This document shows, piece after piece, positions 1 through 10,294 of a stretch of DNA of 32,000 nt (position 1 is the stretch's first letter; every line of letters begins with the position of its first letter). Source of the DNA: an uncultured Opitutales bacterium (GTDB lineage Bacteria; Verrucomicrobiota; Verrucomicrobiia; Opitutales; Intestinicryptomonadaceae). The position numbers and the translations under genes were made by a program. Below the pieces are notes generated by a model. The model did no database searches, was not told where the DNA came from, and saw nothing but the letters and a program-made list of their open reading frames with translations. Location of the stretch: positions 30,001-62,000 of the forward strand of contig CAKTSY010000005.1 in assembly GCA_934613415.1 (NCBI GenBank). The letters are read 5' to 3'.

Positions 1-203
1 GTAAGAGTAAAATGCCAGCCTTTGCATTCAAATTGTGCCTTAAGCGAAACTTCGAACATAGCGTTTTGCGCCGTTTGAGAATCTTCAATACGCAAAGCCT
101 TGTGCCAATAGTTGCCCAAATAGGTAGCCCATAGCGACGCTTTTGCGCTTTCTTTGCCCGAATGCAAAGAAAAATCGAACGCCGAAAATTCTCCGGCGCT
201 CAT
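1..203 (-). CDS. hypothetical protein, N-terminal fragment (continues past the left window edge)
   Basis: It is absent from the ORF track because it has no stop codon inside the window. Read by hand on the minus strand: ATG at 203 (complement of cat 201-203), then MSAGEFSAFDFSLHSGKESAKASLWATYLGNYWHKALRIEDSQTAQNAMFEVSLKAQFECKGWHFTL, open to position 1. It lies 34 nt downstream of, and co-directional with, the 238-1305 gene. No family recognised. Confidence 0.35.
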   Translation of the reverse strand, partial: MSAGEFSAFDFSLHSGKESAKASLWATYLGNYWHKALRIEDSQTAQNAMFEVSLKAQFECKGWHFTL

Positions 204-237
204 TTTAATTTTTTTTGCCTTTAAGTTTATGTCCAAC

Positions 238-1305
238 TTAGAACTTCGAAACGCTGTCTATGGCGGCGGCATCCCTTTCTTCGGCCTGCGTTTTGTAAAG
301 CTCTTCCATATACTTTCTCAGCATTTTGTCGAAACGAGCGTCTATAACCAAAAGCCCCGCGGGAACATTTGATTTGTTCAATACAAGCTTTGCCCTTAAC
401 GCGCCGTCGCTGCTAATGTAGTTAAAGCCGAACGCCGTGTTTTCCTGATTGGGAATTTCGCCCATAATGCGAAGCTCTTTGCCCTTTAAGTCTTCAACGC
501 TTTTTACTGCAACCGAATCTATGGAGGAGGCCGCCTTTAGGTTTTGCTCGTTTTTTGCCGCGTTTTTAAGAGCCTTTTGCTTTGCCCTTTCCTTGTAGTT
601 TAATTTTGCGGTCTTTTCGGCGGCGCGCTTGCGGTCTTTTTCCACTTCGCTTTTATAGCGCGCAAAAGACTTTTGCCTTTCGTCTGAAATTATAGATGTT
701 CTTAAATCTGCCGAATAGCCCGAGGCTTTTGCAACGCTTTCGGGAACAACAAATTCTATTATTCTGCTTCTTGGCTTCGGCAAAACCGCCATTAGCTGCG
801 CAAGCGCAGGATCCGACGAAACGTAGGTTTTTGCGTCGTCTTCCGAAGACATATCGTCTTTCTTTATAAAGTTGTTTGTGGCAACCCATGCGGTGCCCTG
901 CGCGCGTTTCGAAATCATTGCCATCATAAGCCTTGCCAACTCTTCGGGATACATAACAGGATAGCGCGTGTAATACTCCATAACCGAAACGTCTTTGTAG
1001 TATACAACGTGAAGCTCCCAGCCGTCCAAATCGTTCTGCTTTAGAATGTCTGAAGACGTTGCAGCCGCCAAGTCAGGTCTTTTAAAATAAAACTGGTGCG
1101 TGATTTCCTTCGGCATAAGAAGCAGCATATTTTTATATGGCAATTCTGCAACTTCCCTGTCTCTTTCTTCGGGTTTGTCGTATAAAATGCAGCCGCCGCT
1201 TTTCATTAAAAGACGGTTTTCCAAAAGCTTTCTATTTTCGCCAATCTTTGCAAAAAGGCCAACAACGGCAAATGCCATAAGAAAAGTTGCTATAAGTTTT
1301 TTCAT
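238..1305 (-). CDS. exported hypothetical protein with a Lys/Ala/Glu-rich central segment
   Basis: ORF 238..1317. I prefer the ATG at 1305 (MKKLIATFLMAFAVVGLFA) because it gives a classical Sec signal peptide; the ATG at 1317 is the alternative. The central segment ERQKSFARYKSEVEKDRKRAAEKTAKLNYKERAKQKALKNAAKNEQ looks coiled-coil-like. No family recognised. Confidence 0.6.
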   Translation of the reverse strand: MKKLIATFLMAFAVVGLFAKIGENRKLLENRLLMKSGGCILYDKPEERDREVAELPYKNMLLLMPKEITHQFYFKRPDLAAATSSDILKQNDLDGWELHVVYYKDVSVMEYYTRYPVMYPEELARLMMAMISKRAQGTAWVATNNFIKKDDMSSEDDAKTYVSSDPALAQLMAVLPKPRSRIIEFVVPESVAKASGYSADLRTSIISDERQKSFARYKSEVEKDRKRAAEKTAKLNYKERAKQKALKNAAKNEQNLKAASSIDSVAVKSVEDLKGKELRIMGEIPNQENTAFGFNYISSDGALRAKLVLNKSNVPAGLLVIDARFDKMLRKYMEELYKTQAEERDAAAIDSVSKF

Positions 1306-1389
1306 ACAAAACAGCATAATCGGCGCGCGGGTTTTATTGCAACAAAAAAGATAGTTGAAAAATTTTTGCCCTGCCCTTTTATTTAGACA

Positions 1390-3942
1390 ATGGAAAAACT
1401 ACCTGTAGAGGGATTAAAAGAGCGCATATTGTCGGACTTAAAAGCCGGCGTAAACCGCTTTGTTATAAGCGCGCCAACGGCCTCGGGCAAGTCCACAAAG
1501 CTGCCGCAAATATTCGCCGAAAGCGAAAAAATTAAAGGGCAGATAATTGTGCTGCAGCCCCGCAGAATTGCGGCGCGCTTTTTGGCAAAAACGGTGGCAC
1601 AACAAATGGGAGCAACCCTCGGCAAAGAGGTAGGCTGGAACATACGCTTCGACAAAAACTGCTCTGCCGAAAGCAAAATCGTGTTCGAAACCGAAGGCAT
1701 TTTGGCGCGCCAGCTTTTAAGCGAAAAAGCCATGCAAAATGTAAGCGCGGTAATTTTAGACGAATTTCACGAAAGGAATTTATACTCCGACATATCGCTT
1801 GCCCTTGCAAAAAAGCTACAAAACGAAAAACGGCAAGACTTGGTTATAGCTGTATGCTCGGCATCTATGGACGACGAAGCCCTGTGCGACTATTTCGGCA
1901 AAGACACCTGCACAAAGCTTGAATGTTCGTCGCGCCTATACGATGTAGACATTCTATATGCCCCAAAAAAATCGGCAGAAGACAAGGTTTGGGATATGGC
2001 GGCGCGCCAGTTCGACTATTTGGCAAGAACCACCCAAGACGGCAATTTTTTGATTTTTATGCCGGGGGTATACGAAATAAACCGCACAATAGGCGCAATG
2101 CTTAAAATGCCAAGCTCGCGCGGAATAGAAATTTTGCCCTTGTACGGCAATATGCCGATAAACAAACAAGACGAAATTTTAACGCGAAGCGAAAGAAGAA
2201 AGGCAATTGTTGCCACAAACGTGGCGGAAACTTCGCTTACAATAGAAGGCGTAAAATATGTGATAGACAGCGGCTTGGCAAAGATTGCCCGCTACGATGC
2301 CTCGCGCGGGGTAAACACCCTGTTTTCCGAAAAAATCAGCATGGCAAACGCGGTGCAGCGGGCGGGTCGAGCCGGCAGAACTTCCAACGGCGTTGCAATT
2401 AGGCTTTGGAACAAAAGTCAGGAGCAGTTTTTTGAGCCTTTTGCCAGCCCCGAAATAGAGCGTATGGATTTAAGCGAAGTTGCATTGTGGGTAAAAAGCG
2501 CGGGTATGTCGCTCGAAAACTTGCCTCTATTCGAAAAGGCCCCCGAAAAAAATCTTGAATTTGCCTACCAAAACTTAAAGTCGCTAAATGCGCTAGACAA
2601 CAACTGCAACATAACAAGCGACGGCCGCATTTTGGCAAAATTCCCCACCCAGGTAAAATATGCAAAGCTGTTGTTCGAGGCCTGCAAGCGCGGCTGTTTA
2701 AAAGAAGCCGCCTTTGCCGCCGCAATTATCGACTGCGGCAAGATTATGCTTGAAGCCGAAAACCAATATAAAGAATCGGAACGCAGCGACGCCCTTGCAG
2801 GCGAAAATAGCGAAATTGCCCAAATTGCAAAGCTTTGCCAAATTGCAAAAAACAACGCCTACGACGAGCGTTTTTGCCGCCAATACGGCATACATTCGGC
2901 AAACGCCCGCAAAGCCGAAATTTTGGCGCAAGACTTATATAGGACAGCCCAACGGGCATTCGGCGAAAATACAACCGAAACTGCCGACACAACCGACGCC
3001 CTTGCAAAATGCGTTATAAGTGCCTTTAGCGAAAACCTGTGCGTAAGAACAAACGACGCCCAACTTAGCTGCCAAATTGCAAACGGCAAAAGCGGCATAA
3101 TTGCAAAGGCTTCAAAAAAATTTGCAGAACACATTTTTTGCGCGCTGAATTTGCAGGAACAACTTACGCAGGGCAAAGCCAGCATTGTTGCAAGTATGTG
3201 CGTGCCCGTTTGCATAGAGCAAATAAGCGAAGTTTTTAAAATGCAAATAGCCGAACAAAGCACAACCTGCATAGACGAACGCCACAAGCGAGTTATATGC
3301 AAAGTGCAAAAAACCTTTAGGGGGCTTGCCCTAGAGCAAAGCCAGCACGACTGCACCGACAAAGAGGCATGCGCCAAAGTTTTGCTGGAAGAAATTTTAA
3401 AGGGCAAACTTGTTTTGGAAAACTTTAACGAAAAGGCGCAACGCTTTATAACACGCGCAAATTTTGCGGCCGAATGCGCACCAAAATACAACCTGCCAAA
3501 GATAGACGACGAAGCTTTGCAAATGATTTTTGCGGATTTATGCTACGGGAAAAGCTCGTATACACAGCTAAGAAACGTTGAAGTTTTGCCGCATATAAAA
3601 GCGTGGTATTCGCAAGAACAGCTTGCGCTGATAGACTATTTAGCCGCCGACTTTATAGAATTTGCGAACCGCAAAAAACCGTGCTATATAGAATACAATT
3701 TGCCTATGAAGCAGGCAACGCTTTCGGCTTCGTTTAAAGACCTATATAACTTTAACGCCGACAAAATAAAAATTGCCGACGGCAACGTAAAGCTTACCTA
3801 TCAAATTTTAGCCCCCAACTACAGACCCATACAAAGCACGCAAAACCTTGCCGAATTTTGGCAAACTTCTTGGAAATCAATAAGAAAAGAAATTAAAGCG
3901 CGCTATCCCAAGCACTTTAAAAGCGATGCCGACTACGCCTAA
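1390..3942 (+). CDS. hrpB: ATP-dependent RNA helicase HrpB (DEAH-box)
   Basis: 850 aa. Walker A APTASGKST, DEAH-type motif II LDEFHERN, motif ATNVAETSLTIEGV and motif VI QRAGRAGR are present. The length and long C-terminal extension fit HrpB (about 810-850 aa) rather than HrpA (about 1300 aa). Confidence 0.85.
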   Translation: MEKLPVEGLKERILSDLKAGVNRFVISAPTASGKSTKLPQIFAESEKIKGQIIVLQPRRIAARFLAKTVAQQMGATLGKEVGWNIRFDKNCSAESKIVFETEGILARQLLSEKAMQNVSAVILDEFHERNLYSDISLALAKKLQNEKRQDLVIAVCSASMDDEALCDYFGKDTCTKLECSSRLYDVDILYAPKKSAEDKVWDMAARQFDYLARTTQDGNFLIFMPGVYEINRTIGAMLKMPSSRGIEILPLYGNMPINKQDEILTRSERRKAIVATNVAETSLTIEGVKYVIDSGLAKIARYDASRGVNTLFSEKISMANAVQRAGRAGRTSNGVAIRLWNKSQEQFFEPFASPEIERMDLSEVALWVKSAGMSLENLPLFEKAPEKNLEFAYQNLKSLNALDNNCNITSDGRILAKFPTQVKYAKLLFEACKRGCLKEAAFAAAIIDCGKIMLEAENQYKESERSDALAGENSEIAQIAKLCQIAKNNAYDERFCRQYGIHSANARKAEILAQDLYRTAQRAFGENTTETADTTDALAKCVISAFSENLCVRTNDAQLSCQIANGKSGIIAKASKKFAEHIFCALNLQEQLTQGKASIVASMCVPVCIEQISEVFKMQIAEQSTTCIDERHKRVICKVQKTFRGLALEQSQHDCTDKEACAKVLLEEILKGKLVLENFNEKAQRFITRANFAAECAPKYNLPKIDDEALQMIFADLCYGKSSYTQLRNVEVLPHIKAWYSQEQLALIDYLAADFIEFANRKKPCYIEYNLPMKQATLSASFKDLYNFNADKIKIADGNVKLTYQILAPNYRPIQSTQNLAEFWQTSWKSIRKEIKARYPKHFKSDADYA

Positions 3943-4066
3943 AAAACTACATTTTTGTATTATTTTTTGCAAAAATTTTAAAAAAATATGTTGCCTAAAG
4001 GCGCAAGTTTTATAGAGTAAGGGTTTTTATAAAAGTATATCTTTTTCGATTTAACTTATAAACACC

Positions 4067-5860
4067 ATGATAGATCCAAAAACAATAAAGAACAAAGCGT
4101 TGTTGGCTTGGGTAGACACAATCGCCAAGCTCACTACGCCCGACAGTATCCATTGGGTAGACGGTTCTCAGGAAGAGGCCGACTCGCTCTTCAAGCTTAT
4201 GCTCGACAAGGGAGCATGCGTAAAGCTTAACGAAAAGAAACGCCCGAACAGCTATCTGTTCCGCTCCGACCCGCGCGACGTTGCCCGTGTGGAAGCACGC
4301 ACATTCATCTGCGCAAAAACTAAAGAAGACGCAGGTCCGACAAACAACTGGATGGACCCGAAGGAAATGAAGGCCAAGCTCGACGGTCTTTTCAAGGGTT
4401 GCATGAAGGGCAGAACAATGTATGTTATCCCCTTCAGCATGGGTCCCGTTGGCGGTCCTATCTCGCAAATCGGCGTTGAATTGTCCGACTCGCCCTATGT
4501 AGTATTGAACATGCGCATTATGGCAAGGGTTACCCCCAAGGTATACGACTTGCTCGGCGAAAACGGCAAGTTCATTCCGTGCTTACACTCGGTTGGTATG
4601 CCTTTGGCAGAAGGTCAACAAGACGTTCTTTGGCCCTGCAACCCCGAAAACACCTACATTGTTCACTTCCCCGAAGAACGCGCTATTGTTAGCTTCGGTT
4701 CGGGCTACGGCGGCAATGCTTTGTTGGGCAAAAAGTGCTTAAGCTTGAGAATTGCTTCGGTAATGGGCAGAGACGAAGGCTGGATGGCCGAACACATGCT
4801 CATTTTGGGCGTAAAAGAACCCTCGGGCCGCAAGTCGTATGTAACGGCTGCATTCCCCAGCGCATGCGGTAAAACAAACTTTGCAATGCTTATTCCCCCC
4901 GCGGAAATGCGCAAAGAAGGTTGGGAAATTACCTGCGTAGGCGACGATATTGCCTGGATTAAACCCGCTGCCGACGGCAAGCTTTATGCAATTAACCCCG
5001 AAGCCGGTTTCTTCGGCGTTGCTCCGGGAACAAGCATGAAGACCAACCCAAATGCAATGATTTCGTGCTCGAAAGACTCTATCTTCACAAACGTTGCCCT
5101 TACAGACGACGGCGACGTATGGTGGGAAGGTATGACCGACGAAAAGCCCGCGCACTTGATAGACTGGAAAGGCCGCGACTGGACACCCGCTTCGGAAGAA
5201 AAAGCGGCACACCCCAACAGCCGTTTCACAGCTCCTATCCGCAACTGCCCGTGCATAGACGAAAATGCGGAAAAGCTCGAAGGCGTTCCGATTTCGGCAG
5301 TAGTAGTTGGCGGTCGTCGTCCCAATGGTATGCCCTTGGTATTCGAAGCCTTTAACTGGACTCACGGCATCTACTTGGGCGCAACAATGGGTTCAGAATT
5401 GACGGCTGCTTCCGAAGGTAAAGTTGGCCAGCTTCGTTCCGACCCGATGGCTATGTTGCCCTTCGCAGGCTACCACATGGCAAGGTATCTCGAACACTTG
5501 GTAAAAATGGGTAAAGGTTTGGAAGTTACCCCCAGAATCTTCCACGTTAACTGGTTCAGAAAGACAAGCGAAGGCAAGTTTATGTGGCCCGGTTACGGCG
5601 ACAACGCACGCGTGTTGGCTTGGATGATTGGTCGTTGCTACGGCAATGCACACGGTAAGGAAACTCCGATAGGCTTTATGCCCAACTACGAAGACCTTAT
5701 CTGGAATGGGCTCGGCTACTCGAAGGAAACCTTCAAGCAGCTAATGTCGTTCGACAAGGAAGTTGTATCGGCTCAGCCCTTAAAGCCCGAGCTTTACGAC
5801 GCATTGCCCGACTCTCTCAAAATCGAAAGAGCAGCCCTTCTCGAAAGATTGGCAGACTAA
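4067..5860 (+). CDS. pckG: phosphoenolpyruvate carboxykinase (GTP)
   Basis: 597 aa. Diagnostic GTP-PEPCK motifs are [14 protein letters not shown], the kinase-1a P-loop FPSACGKTN, and CVGDDIAWI / [13 protein letters not shown]. The length is typical for the GTP-dependent family. Confidence 0.95.
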   Translation: MIDPKTIKNKALLAWVDTIAKLTTPDSIHWVDGSQEEADSLFKLMLDKGACVKLNEKKRPNSYLFRSDPRDVARVEARTFICAKTKEDAGPTNNWMDPKEMKAKLDGLFKGCMKGRTMYVIPFSMGPVGGPISQIGVELSDSPYVVLNMRIMARVTPKVYDLLGENGKFIPCLHSVGMPLAEGQQDVLWPCNPENTYIVHFPEERAIVSFGSGYGGNALLGKKCLSLRIASVMGRDEGWMAEHMLILGVKEPSGRKSYVTAAFPSACGKTNFAMLIPPAEMRKEGWEITCVGDDIAWIKPAADGKLYAINPEAGFFGVAPGTSMKTNPNAMISCSKDSIFTNVALTDDGDVWWEGMTDEKPAHLIDWKGRDWTPASEEKAAHPNSRFTAPIRNCPCIDENAEKLEGVPISAVVVGGRRPNGMPLVFEAFNWTHGIYLGATMGSELTAASEGKVGQLRSDPMAMLPFAGYHMARYLEHLVKMGKGLEVTPRIFHVNWFRKTSEGKFMWPGYGDNARVLAWMIGRCYGNAHGKETPIGFMPNYEDLIWNGLGYSKETFKQLMSFDKEVVSAQPLKPELYDALPDSLKIERAALLERLAD

Positions 5861-5888
5861 TTTAGTAGTCATACTAAAAAACCAAAAG

Positions 5889-5915
5889 AAGCTCCGAGCA
5901 ATCGGGGCTTTTTTT
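5889..5915 (+). terminator. rho-independent terminator of pckG
   Basis: AAGCTCCGA (5889-5897) pairs with TCGGGGCTT (5902-5910), giving a 9-bp stem with one G-U pair and a GCAA tetraloop. The T-run extends to 5915. It starts 29 nt after the pckG stop. Confidence 0.8.
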
Positions 5916-6075
5916 GTACCCGTTTAAAGGCATTTTTTGCCGGTATTCCTTTCGAAGAAAAACAGCCCGCATATAAGACACAATACATTAAAAGACCCAA
6001 CAATCTTTGCGCTGCCGCCCCAAAAAATTTGCGCTTTTTTGCGCATAAAAAAAGACTTTTTTGCAAAACAAAGCC

Positions 6076-6116
6076 CTTAATTATTCTTGACTAATTAAGC
6101 TTAGTAAAGATAGTAT
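6076..6116 (+). promoter_or_regulatory. candidate sigma70-like promoter with an overlapping 8-bp inverted repeat upstream of the MFS gene
   Basis: TTGACT (6087-6092), an 18-nt spacer, then TAGTAT (6111-6116), about 50 nt upstream of the ATG at 6166. A perfect inverted repeat CTTAATTA (6076-6083) / TAATTAAG (6092-6099) brackets the -35 element. Caveat: an AT-rich 8+8 palindrome is expected several times by chance in 32 kb, and the promoter consensus of this lineage is unknown. Confidence 0.25.
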
Positions 6117-6165
6117 CAGCCTTGATATACATTTTACTTATATACAAATTTTAGAAGGAAAATAA

Positions 6166-7482
6166 ATGCTGATTAAAGAAAAGAATAAAATAGGTATGTT
6201 TAGATGGGTAATTTGCTTTTTACTCTTCTGCATAACAACAATTAACTATATGGACAGGCAAATTATAGGTTTGCTTGAGCCCGATTATCTGGCAAAGGAA
6301 TTTGGCTGGAACGAAATAGACTATGCGAATATTACCGCGGCCTTTTTGTTTGCCTATGCCATAGGCCCCGTGCTTATGGGCATTTTTATAGACAAAATAG
6401 GCGTACGCTACGGTATGTTTATTGTCGCGTTTTTCTGGAGCTTGGCAACGGCAATGCATGCGGCGGTTCACGAATTTAACATTTTAGGCCTTACAATAAC
6501 AAGCACACTGGGCTTTATGTTCTGCCGCGTATGCTTGGGTATTTTCGAAGGCGGCAACTTTCCCGCCGCAATTAGAGCGGTTTCTACCTGGTTCCCGAAA
6601 AAAGAAGTTTCGCTTGCAAACGGGCTGTTCAATTCGGGCAGCAATATGGGCGCAATAGTAGCCCCCGTAATAGTCCCAATTTTGGCGGTTCAATTCGGGT
6701 GGAGAATGTCTTTCCTTTCGCTCGGTATAATAGGCGTTGTTTGGGTGGTATTTTGGCTTATGTTCTACAATTCGCCCCGCCAGTCTAAATATGTAAAGCA
6801 AAGCGAAATAGACTATATAGAATCGGACTCTTCCGCCGAAGAACAAAAAAGCGACGAGCCCGAAAAGAAAATTTCGTGGTTGTCGCTCTTTAAAAACAGG
6901 TCTGTTTTGGCGTATGCTGTTGGCATGGCAATGAGCTCGCCCATTTGGTGGTTCTATTTGTTTTGGATTCCCAAGTTCCTAAAAAAAGAGTTCAACCTTT
7001 CGGTTATGGACCAAATGCCGATGTTGGCTGTAATTTACCTTATTGCGGCAATAGGCAGTGTTGCGGGCGGCGCAATTTCTTCGTGGTTTATTGCAAGGGG
7101 CAAATCGCTTAACTTTGCAAGAAAAACCTCGCTTTTAATTTGCGCGCTTTGCGTGTTGCCGGTGTTTTTTGCGCCTATAGTTCCAAGCGCATGGGTTGCC
7201 ACTTTGCTAGTCGGCTTGGCGGGCGCCGCCCACCAGGGCTTTTCGGCAAATCTCTACGCCATTGTTTGCGATGTTGCCCCCAAAAAGGTTGTAGCCTCGG
7301 TAACGGGCATAGGAACAACAATGGCGGCCGTTGTATCGCTTTTCTGCTTCTTGGTAGTAGGCCACGTTTTAGAGGCAATGGGCAGCTACACGGGCATTTT
7401 TGCAGTGGCTTCGGTAGCCTATGTTGTTGCAACGCTTATAATGCAAATAATATCGCCCAAGCTCGACAAAATAAGGGCTTAA
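6166..7482 (+). CDS. MFS transporter, anion:cation symporter (ACS) family, hexuronate/sugar-acid type
   Basis: 438 aa with about 12 hydrophobic segments. The N-terminal INYMDRQIIGLLEP motif, and a central hydrophilic loop (SDSSAEEQKSDEPEKK) splitting it into 6+6 helices, are typical of ExuT/ACS-like MFS proteins. A GAAGGA Shine-Dalgarno-like sequence lies 7 nt upstream of the ATG. Confidence 0.8.
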   Translation: MLIKEKNKIGMFRWVICFLLFCITTINYMDRQIIGLLEPDYLAKEFGWNEIDYANITAAFLFAYAIGPVLMGIFIDKIGVRYGMFIVAFFWSLATAMHAAVHEFNILGLTITSTLGFMFCRVCLGIFEGGNFPAAIRAVSTWFPKKEVSLANGLFNSGSNMGAIVAPVIVPILAVQFGWRMSFLSLGIIGVVWVVFWLMFYNSPRQSKYVKQSEIDYIESDSSAEEQKSDEPEKKISWLSLFKNRSVLAYAVGMAMSSPIWWFYLFWIPKFLKKEFNLSVMDQMPMLAVIYLIAAIGSVAGGAISSWFIARGKSLNFARKTSLLICALCVLPVFFAPIVPSAWVATLLVGLAGAAHQGFSANLYAIVCDVAPKKVVASVTGIGTTMAAVVSLFCFLVVGHVLEAMGSYTGIFAVASVAYVVATLIMQIISPKLDKIRA

Positions 7483-7515
7483 TTGCCGACAAAGCAAAAG
7501 ACAGCTTTTCACAAC

Positions 7516-7553
7516 AAAAAGGCGGAACAATAAAATTTGTTCCGCCCTTTTTT
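7516..7553. terminator. bidirectional rho-independent terminator between convergent genes
   Basis: GGCGGAACAA (7521-7530) pairs perfectly with TTGTTCCGCC (7537-7546), giving a 10-bp stem and 6-nt loop. It is flanked by AAAAA (7516-7520) and CTTTTTT (7547-7553). It can therefore terminate both the + strand MFS gene and the - strand 865-aa gene. Confidence 0.85.
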
Positions 7554-7593
7554 ATTCTTAATTTTGCAATGTTTTTTACAACTTTTAAGCAAA

Positions 7594-10191
7594 CTATTTT
7601 GTAAGTTTAAAGAAAAGGTTGTCGCCCTTTTTCATATCCAAATCGAGCACCGATTTTTGCCCCAAATCTTTTTGGTTGAATATGTCGTACACCTTAAAGG
7701 TTCCGTTTAAGTTTACGTTGCGCATACCGTCGCTTCGGGCGGTTATTGAAACATATTTTTCGTTTGCGTAAACCGTTGTATTAGGCTGGCAATAGATATG
7801 CACTTTGGCCAGCTTTGCGGCATGCAAATATAGCTGCCACGGAACAAAAGTTGTGGGTATAAACATATTGTTTTTGCGCACAACAACTGCGGGCGCACCA
7901 TTTTGGAATTTCGCCAAAACAATGTCGCCGTCTTCCGCAACGGGGGCAAGCATGGGCAGCGTTGCACCTTCGCCGAACGTTTGCGGCAAACCGGCATTTA
8001 ATCCCTCTTTTGTGGCTATAAGTTTGCCCGACATTTTCACCTCTTCAACTTCAAAACCCGTAAGCTCTTCTACGGCTTCAATCGAAAACGCGTTTGCAGT
8101 TTTGTCTACATAAGCTGGCAGCCAAACCCAAACGTTAAACGAATCTTTGCAGATTTTTGCAAGGGTTTGCCTTTGGGCGGCGTCCATTGCAATAGTTGCG
8201 GCAAAAATTTTCATTTGGGCATTCACCTTGTTTTTAAGCACATCGCTTAAAAGATAGTGTCCGAACGGGAATGCGCATTTATTCAGCTCGCCGCGCCCGT
8301 ATCTAAGCGTTTTTGAAGTTGTCCGATGCGACGCGGTGTTTAGCCCCACATACGCCATGGAAGCTTCGTCGCAAATAAAGGCAACCTGCGGGTTATAAAC
8401 CGCCAAATCGCCTTCTGTTGCACTTTGCGCCAACTTTATTTGGTCGAATAAAATTTGGTCGGCAAACCAGCCCGAGCCGCCTAAGTCCATAAACCAGTTT
8501 GCAAAGTTGCGCACATATTCCTGCGCCAAGTTGCGGCGCAAAACGCTAATAGTATCTTTTTGCGTAAGCAATGTAGGCTCCACACCCGGGTAGTTGCCCT
8601 CTTTGGGCGCCAAGTAGGTAGAAGTATCGTCCTCGTCCAGCCAAAGTTTGCCAGCGGCAGTTATAGATTCCGCCGCCCCCATCACGGTTTTGCCGTCGCC
8701 AAAACGCCTGTCGCAATAGGAAATAGGCCCGCACAAAATATCTATGTTTTTATTCTTTAAAATTCTTTCCAAAGCATAGTGCCCCGAGCTAGCCGGGCCT
8801 TTGGGCGAGTTTGAAAGCTCCATAGAATATCCGTAAAACGCCAAAACAAGCCTGTTCGGCGCGCTTTCTTTTGCCGCGTTGCAAAAAGTTTCCAAAGTAT
8901 CGCACAATGCAACCTGCATAAATTCGTTGTAGTCTATCAAATCCTGGTCTTTTTGCGGGTTTAAAATATAGTCTTTTGCCGACAACCTCCTTTGCACACT
9001 TGGCACGGTTGCAGTTTCTATTTTAGCCGATGCGTCTTTGCGCGAAAGCGCGTAGGCCTTGTCGTTTTTATATTTATTTTTCAAAAACTTGCGCCACTCT
9101 TTTTGTGTTGCAATATCAAAACCGTCGTTGTGGCCGCTCCAAGTGTCGCCGTAAAACCATTCCTGATTGCGCCCGTTTGTTATATGGTAGCCGGCAATGT
9201 TGTTCGGGTAGTTTTTCTCGGTAAATTCTATAATGCGCTTTATGGTTTCAACGCCGTCTCTGCGGTAGTTTTCGGAGCTAAGCGAAACGTATTTTTTACT
9301 CCTTACGGGTTTGTTATGCTGAAAATATGTAACCATATCTTCGGAGTGCATTTCCCTCCACTTTTCCGAAGGGTACAAGAGCAGGCGGGGAATTACTCTG
9401 GCATTCGGGTTTGCCGCAATAATTTCGTCGAATGCAGCTTTGTATTCTGTCAGGTCGAAATCGCCGCCGTCGCCCGCCCACGGGGTATAGATTGGGAATG
9501 TAGCAAAATCAACCCCTGCATTCTTTGCCATTGCAACTTGTGCAGTAATGCAGTTCACGCCAAATCCTTTTATTAGGCGGTAGTCTTCAAACTGCTTTCT
9601 TAAGCCCATATTAAGTCTTACAGGCCTGTTAGCCTTCAAGCTTACCGTTACTTTGTAAGTATCGTTCGCCTTAACGCTAATGCCGTTCATTATTATATGA
9701 AAACCCTCCATTTCTTTGGGCTTTCTTTCGCCTACAAGACAACAGAAAACGTTTTTGCCGCCAAGCTTGTCGTTTTTAAGAACAAGCGGCAGGTCTTTGC
9801 GGTTTTTACCTTTGCACCAAAAAGTTATGTCTTTGTCTAACGCTTCGCCCGAAAAGTCGAAGACTTTTTCGGTTTTGCCCGTTGTAAGGTTTTCCACCTT
9901 AACTTCCGAAAAATACAAGTCGGTTGCGTCTAGCCCTAAAAACCTGACGTGAATTGCGCATTTTGGGCAGTCGAATGTGGCCGTAAACTCTTCGGTAAAG
10001 GTGCGCCACGAAGTGTCGGCTTTTACCCCGATTGTCCCCCCGTAAACCGCATACACCATTTTAGAGCAAATGGGCTTGCCGTTTGCCGTAATTTGGGGGA
10101 CAGAATTTACAACTTCAACCTTGTAGTTGTCGGCAAAGCAAGGCGAGAACACAATACCCATCAAAGCAAATAAAACACGAATCTTCTTCAT
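7594..10191 (-). CDS. exported putative glycoside hydrolase (N-terminal beta-sandwich/CBM-like region plus GH42/clan GH-A-like TIM-barrel region)
   Basis: 865 aa. Signal peptide MKKIRVLFALMGIVFSPCFA. The central region (DFATFPIYTPWAGDGG..., NIAGYHITNGRNQEWFYGDTW, KEWRKFLKNKYKNDKAY, WLDEDDTS) resembles GH42-like beta-galactosidase-type barrels. The family assignment is by eye only. Confidence 0.55.
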   Translation of the reverse strand: MKKIRVLFALMGIVFSPCFADNYKVEVVNSVPQITANGKPICSKMVYAVYGGTIGVKADTSWRTFTEEFTATFDCPKCAIHVRFLGLDATDLYFSEVKVENLTTGKTEKVFDFSGEALDKDITFWCKGKNRKDLPLVLKNDKLGGKNVFCCLVGERKPKEMEGFHIIMNGISVKANDTYKVTVSLKANRPVRLNMGLRKQFEDYRLIKGFGVNCITAQVAMAKNAGVDFATFPIYTPWAGDGGDFDLTEYKAAFDEIIAANPNARVIPRLLLYPSEKWREMHSEDMVTYFQHNKPVRSKKYVSLSSENYRRDGVETIKRIIEFTEKNYPNNIAGYHITNGRNQEWFYGDTWSGHNDGFDIATQKEWRKFLKNKYKNDKAYALSRKDASAKIETATVPSVQRRLSAKDYILNPQKDQDLIDYNEFMQVALCDTLETFCNAAKESAPNRLVLAFYGYSMELSNSPKGPASSGHYALERILKNKNIDILCGPISYCDRRFGDGKTVMGAAESITAAGKLWLDEDDTSTYLAPKEGNYPGVEPTLLTQKDTISVLRRNLAQEYVRNFANWFMDLGGSGWFADQILFDQIKLAQSATEGDLAVYNPQVAFICDEASMAYVGLNTASHRTTSKTLRYGRGELNKCAFPFGHYLLSDVLKNKVNAQMKIFAATIAMDAAQRQTLAKICKDSFNVWVWLPAYVDKTANAFSIEAVEELTGFEVEEVKMSGKLIATKEGLNAGLPQTFGEGATLPMLAPVAEDGDIVLAKFQNGAPAVVVRKNNMFIPTTFVPWQLYLHAAKLAKVHIYCQPNTTVYANEKYVSITARSDGMRNVNLNGTFKVYDIFNQKDLGQKSVLDLDMKKGDNLFFKLTK

Positions 10192-10233
10192 ATGTTAAAC
10201 GTTTACATTTCCGCATGCAACTGTCAAGCCAAA

Positions 10234-10267
10234 GACATAAAAGCGCGCATTGTGTTTTATGCGCGCT
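10234..10267 (-). terminator. rho-independent terminator after the esterase gene (end of the long minus-strand gene string)
   Basis: Read on the minus strand: AGCGCGCAT - aaaacaca - ATGCGCGCT, followed by TTTATGTCTTT. This is a perfect 9-bp GC-rich stem (plus-strand coordinates 10242-10250 / 10259-10267). It lies 28 nt after the stop at 10295. Confidence 0.7.
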
Positions 10268-10294
10268 CGGCAAAATTTCCGCAATTTTTGCCGC

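Noticed and set aside
2698-3019. In this stretch inside hrpB, four or more reading frames are simultaneously open, and AAATTGC recurs three times (2813, 2822, 2840).
   Set aside because: It lies in the poorly conserved middle or linker part of HrpB. The repeats just encode EIAQIAKLCQIAK. The absence of stops reflects local A/C/G-rich composition, and there is no evidence for an overlapping gene or a repeat element.
5869-6066. A 65-aa minus-strand ORF lies in the 305-nt pckG-MFS intergenic region.
   Set aside because: It overlaps the pckG terminator, has a basic low-complexity composition and no upstream signals, and points into the terminator. It is most likely non-coding spacer. Weak 4-5-bp GCGC hairpins there are not convincing structures.
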